Shown here one piece after another: positions 62,769-64,000 of a DNA stretch of 64,000 nt. Under the pieces are notes generated by a model. The model was not told where the DNA came from and searched no databases. It saw only the letters and a program-made list of their open reading frames with translations. The stretch is from the IMG/VR virus record IMGVR_UViG_3300020204_002217, positions 7,508 through 71,507 of that record. One strand, written 5' to 3'. Position numbers and translations under genes: made by a program. Origin of the DNA: a virus. Within the stretch, counting starts at the first letter, position 1; every line of letters starts with the position of its first letter.

Positions 62769-63772
62769 ACCTAGCTACGTGGCATTGGCATATTGAAATT
62801 AGTAGTAAATGTACTTTAAAATGTACGAGATGCCCTAGAACAGAAGTACCTGATACATTGGTTAATACCGAATTGCATTTGGAATTTTTTAAAAGAAACT
62901 TTACTGAAGAGTTTGTAAAAAACAATGTTGAAAGAATAACTTTTTGTGGTGATGACGGAGATCCAATTTACGCACAAGATTTAATTGAAGTTATAAAGTA
63001 CTTTAAAAAAATAAAACCAATTAGTATTACTATAATAACGAACGGTAGCTATAAAAGTAAAAAATGGTGGGTAGAATTGGGATCAGTACTTGATAGTAAT
63101 GATCAATTACATTTTAGCATTGATGGCTACGATCAAGATACAAATGTTTTATATAGAGTTAATAGTGATTTTAAAAGCATAATGCAAGGTATTAAAATAA
63201 TAAGAAGATATAGTAGTTGTTATATGTTTTGGGACCTTATTATTTTTAAATTTAATCAAGATCATATAGACAAAATTACAAATTTAGCAAGAAGTTTAGG
63301 CTTTGATTTTTTACAAATTACCAAAAGTAGTAAGTTTGGAAGTATAGATAAAAGATATAACAATGATATATTAGAACCTAGGCCTGAAAATATAGCACAA
63401 AGTATGTTATATGAAAAATCTACAATTAGTTTATCAAATAAAAAAATGCCTGAGAATTTTTTAAACAAAGTAAAAAACTTATTTCACCATTTATCTGAAA
63501 ATGAAACTATAACTCCATTATGTTTTACTGGGGTAAAAGGTTTATTTATAAACAGTCAAGGAGATTTTTTTCCCTGTTGTTGGGTAGCTAATAGATATGA
63601 TCAAAATAGTAATTGGTTACAGTTAGGCAAAAAGTTTAACTTGTATAAAGAAAATTTGCAAGATGTTTTACATAATATTTTATGGCAAACTAAATTTTAT
63701 AACAACCATTCAACTTGTAACCATAAGTGTAGTAAACAAAGAACATTAATAAATTCTAGCTTTAATTTTTAA
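62765..63772 (+). CDS. Radical SAM enzyme with a SPASM/twitch domain
   Basis: EISSKCTLKCTRC, FCGDDGDP, ITNGS, FSIDG; C-terminal C..FINSQGDFFPCCW..CNHKC. Confidence 0.9.
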   Translation: MNLATWHWHIEISSKCTLKCTRCPRTEVPDTLVNTELHLEFFKRNFTEEFVKNNVERITFCGDDGDPIYAQDLIEVIKYFKKIKPISITIITNGSYKSKKWWVELGSVLDSNDQLHFSIDGYDQDTNVLYRVNSDFKSIMQGIKIIRRYSSCYMFWDLIIFKFNQDHIDKITNLARSLGFDFLQITKSSKFGSIDKRYNNDILEPRPENIAQSMLYEKSTISLSNKKMPENFLNKVKNLFHHLSENETITPLCFTGVKGLFINSQGDFFPCCWVANRYDQNSNWLQLGKKFNLYKENLQDVLHNILWQTKFYNNHSTCNHKCSKQRTLINSSFNF

Positions 63773-63786
63773 AGATAACTAACAAT

Positions 63787-64000
63787 ATGCCTAATCCACA
63801 AAAACAAAAAGGATCAAGTTTTGAGCGTGAGATTGCTATTTTTTTAAGCGATTTATATAAAGAAAGCTTTATACGTGCTCCTGGCAGCGGTGCATATGTG
63901 GGCGGCAAAAATCAAGTTCGTACACAGATATTACACGAAGGCCAAATACGTAGTTTTAAGGGTGACATTGTTCCAGGACAGAGTTTCCCAAAATTTAATG
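63787..64000 (+). CDS. Holliday junction resolvase-like PD-(D/E)xK nuclease, partial (not in the ORF track)
   Basis: MPNPQKQKGSSFEREIAIFLSDLYKESFIRAPGSGAYVGG...GDIVP, matching the Hjc-type KG..FERE, R.P.SG and GD motifs. Preceded by GATAACTA. Confidence 0.7.
   Translation, partial: MPNPQKQKGSSFEREIAIFLSDLYKESFIRAPGSGAYVGGKNQVRTQILHEGQIRSFKGDIVPGQSFPKFN

Noticed and set aside
59212-63468. Short - strand ORFs opposite gp55, gp47, gp46 and the radical SAM gene
   Set aside because: Antisense shadows of conserved genes.
1-64000. Alternative genetic code, tRNAs or structured ncRNA
   Set aside because: Standard-code ORFs tile the window almost completely; the largest gap is ~140 nt and is explained by promoters.

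Overview
Gene-dense, AT-rich fragment of a large T4-like (myovirus) phage genome, with no tRNA, rRNA, CRISPR array or transposon visible. The right end (+ strand) carries the gp55 late sigma factor, gp47 (Mre11-like) and gp46 (Rad50-like), then a radical SAM/SPASM gene and a partial Hjc-like resolvase. From 58909 leftwards everything is on the - strand. First comes a baseplate/tail module: gp48/54-like, gp53, hub, gp5-like, gp25, gp6, a 6983-aa giant repeat protein, and fibre/structural genes. It runs directly into a >22 kb, about 20-gene biosynthetic cluster. The cluster has 7 radical SAM enzymes (4 tandem N-terminal-twitch paralogues, 1 C-terminal-twitch type, 2 cobalamin-binding), about 7 glycosyltransferase-like domains, a GDP-mannose epimerase, a UDP-sugar dehydrogenase-GT fusion, 2 SGNH-like proteins, a methyltransferase-like protein, an overprinted 32-aa 'DPFIYK' peptide and a NodU/TobZ carbamoyltransferase cut by the window edge. 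T4 late-promoter-like TAAATA/TAAGTA boxes occur throughout the cluster, many in apparently leaderless arrangement. The best candidate for a novel system is therefore a late-expressed phage pathway for glycan synthesis and radical tailoring, most plausibly decorating the virion (inference). A second notable feature is the nested insertion of small mobile modules inside the giant tail protein. All assignments come from reading motifs by eye; no searches were run.
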